In this document: one piece after another, positions 63,517 through 64,000 of the stretch | Layout of the letters: every line of letters begins with the position of its first letter | Numbering within the stretch: position 1 is the stretch's first letter | From: Eledone cirrhosa | Taxonomy: Eukaryota | Direction: 5' to 3' | Assembly (NCBI GenBank): GCA_964016885.1 | Contig: OZ024743.1 | Location: 3,100,001-3,164,000 of the forward strand | Length of the DNA stretch: 64,000 bases | Made by a program: the position numbers and the translations under genes | Notes under the pieces: generated by a model | What the model saw: the letters and a program-made list of their open reading frames with translations, nothing else | Databases searched by the model: none | Told to the model about the DNA's origin: nothing

Positions 63517-64000
63517 TTGGTGCTCTGAAAAAGCTATATATATATGAATGTATATATAGTGTATTTTGCAATACACTGTATGCTTAATTAAAAGCATTTC
63601 GAAAACCGTATGCTATTGTTTTAGAGTAGTGACAGACTCACTTACTTTAATTTCAGCAAGCAGGGGGAGATAAAGCTGACAAGGCCTTGTTTCGCATTTA
63701 TTGATGCTTATCAAAGCCAACTACTCCTCCTGTCTGCTGAAATCATGGATGTTTGGTTCTTATAGAATTCTATAAGAACCAAACATCCACGAATTCAGCA
63801 GACAGGAGGAGTAGTTGGCTTTGATAAGCATCAATAAATGCGAAACAAGGCCTTGTCAGCTTTATCTCCCCCTGCTTGCTGAAATTAAAGTAAGTGAGTC
63901 TGTCACTACTCTAAAACAATAGCATACGGTTTTCGAAATGCTTTTAATTAAGCATACAGTGTATTGCAAAATACACTATATATACATATATATATATGTG
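63511..64000. mobile_element. Spacer-less ~460-bp palindrome of the hammerhead element family
   Basis: Axis at 63767/63768 in TATAGAATTCTATA; arms near identical; homologous to 23161-23600. Confidence 0.9.
63817..63861 (+). ncRNA. Type I hammerhead fold with degenerate core (mirror copy 63674-63718 on minus)
   Basis: GGCT-TTGATAA-GCAT caataa ATGC-GAAAC-AAGGCCTT-GTC-AGCT. Confidence 0.6.

Overview
AT-rich, repeat-dominated animal DNA. The RTE LINE/SINE tails, (TA)n and (GAT)n microsatellites and spliceosomal introns suggest a cephalopod (octopus-like) genome; this is inference, not a database result. Host genes: two tandem, divergent C19orf12 (Drosophila Nazo)-like genes on + (coding exons 27581-27742 and 29751-30007; second paralog 57331-57492 with a probable first exon at 43843-43870), plus one possible orphan terminal exon at 2451-2601. 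Mobile elements: many decayed RTE LINEs, CR1/L2-group LINEs, CRE- and R4-type RLE LINEs, a Penelope-like GIY-YIG fragment, a near-complete Ty3/Gypsy element (48868-54592), a complete non-autonomous LTR element with a GATT TSD (46285-48401), solo LTRs, MITEs/foldbacks and tRNA-derived SINEs. Most interesting signal: several small non-coding elements in (TA)n tracts carry type I hammerhead-ribozyme folds and occur as foldback palindromes (23.2-24.0 kb, 63.5-64 kb, 38.3 kb, 22.5 kb). One shows a head-to-tail junction consistent with a ~320-nt circular or tandem retrozyme-like unit, probably mobilised by Penelope-like elements. Coordinates were read by eye, so boundaries of decayed repeats are approximate.
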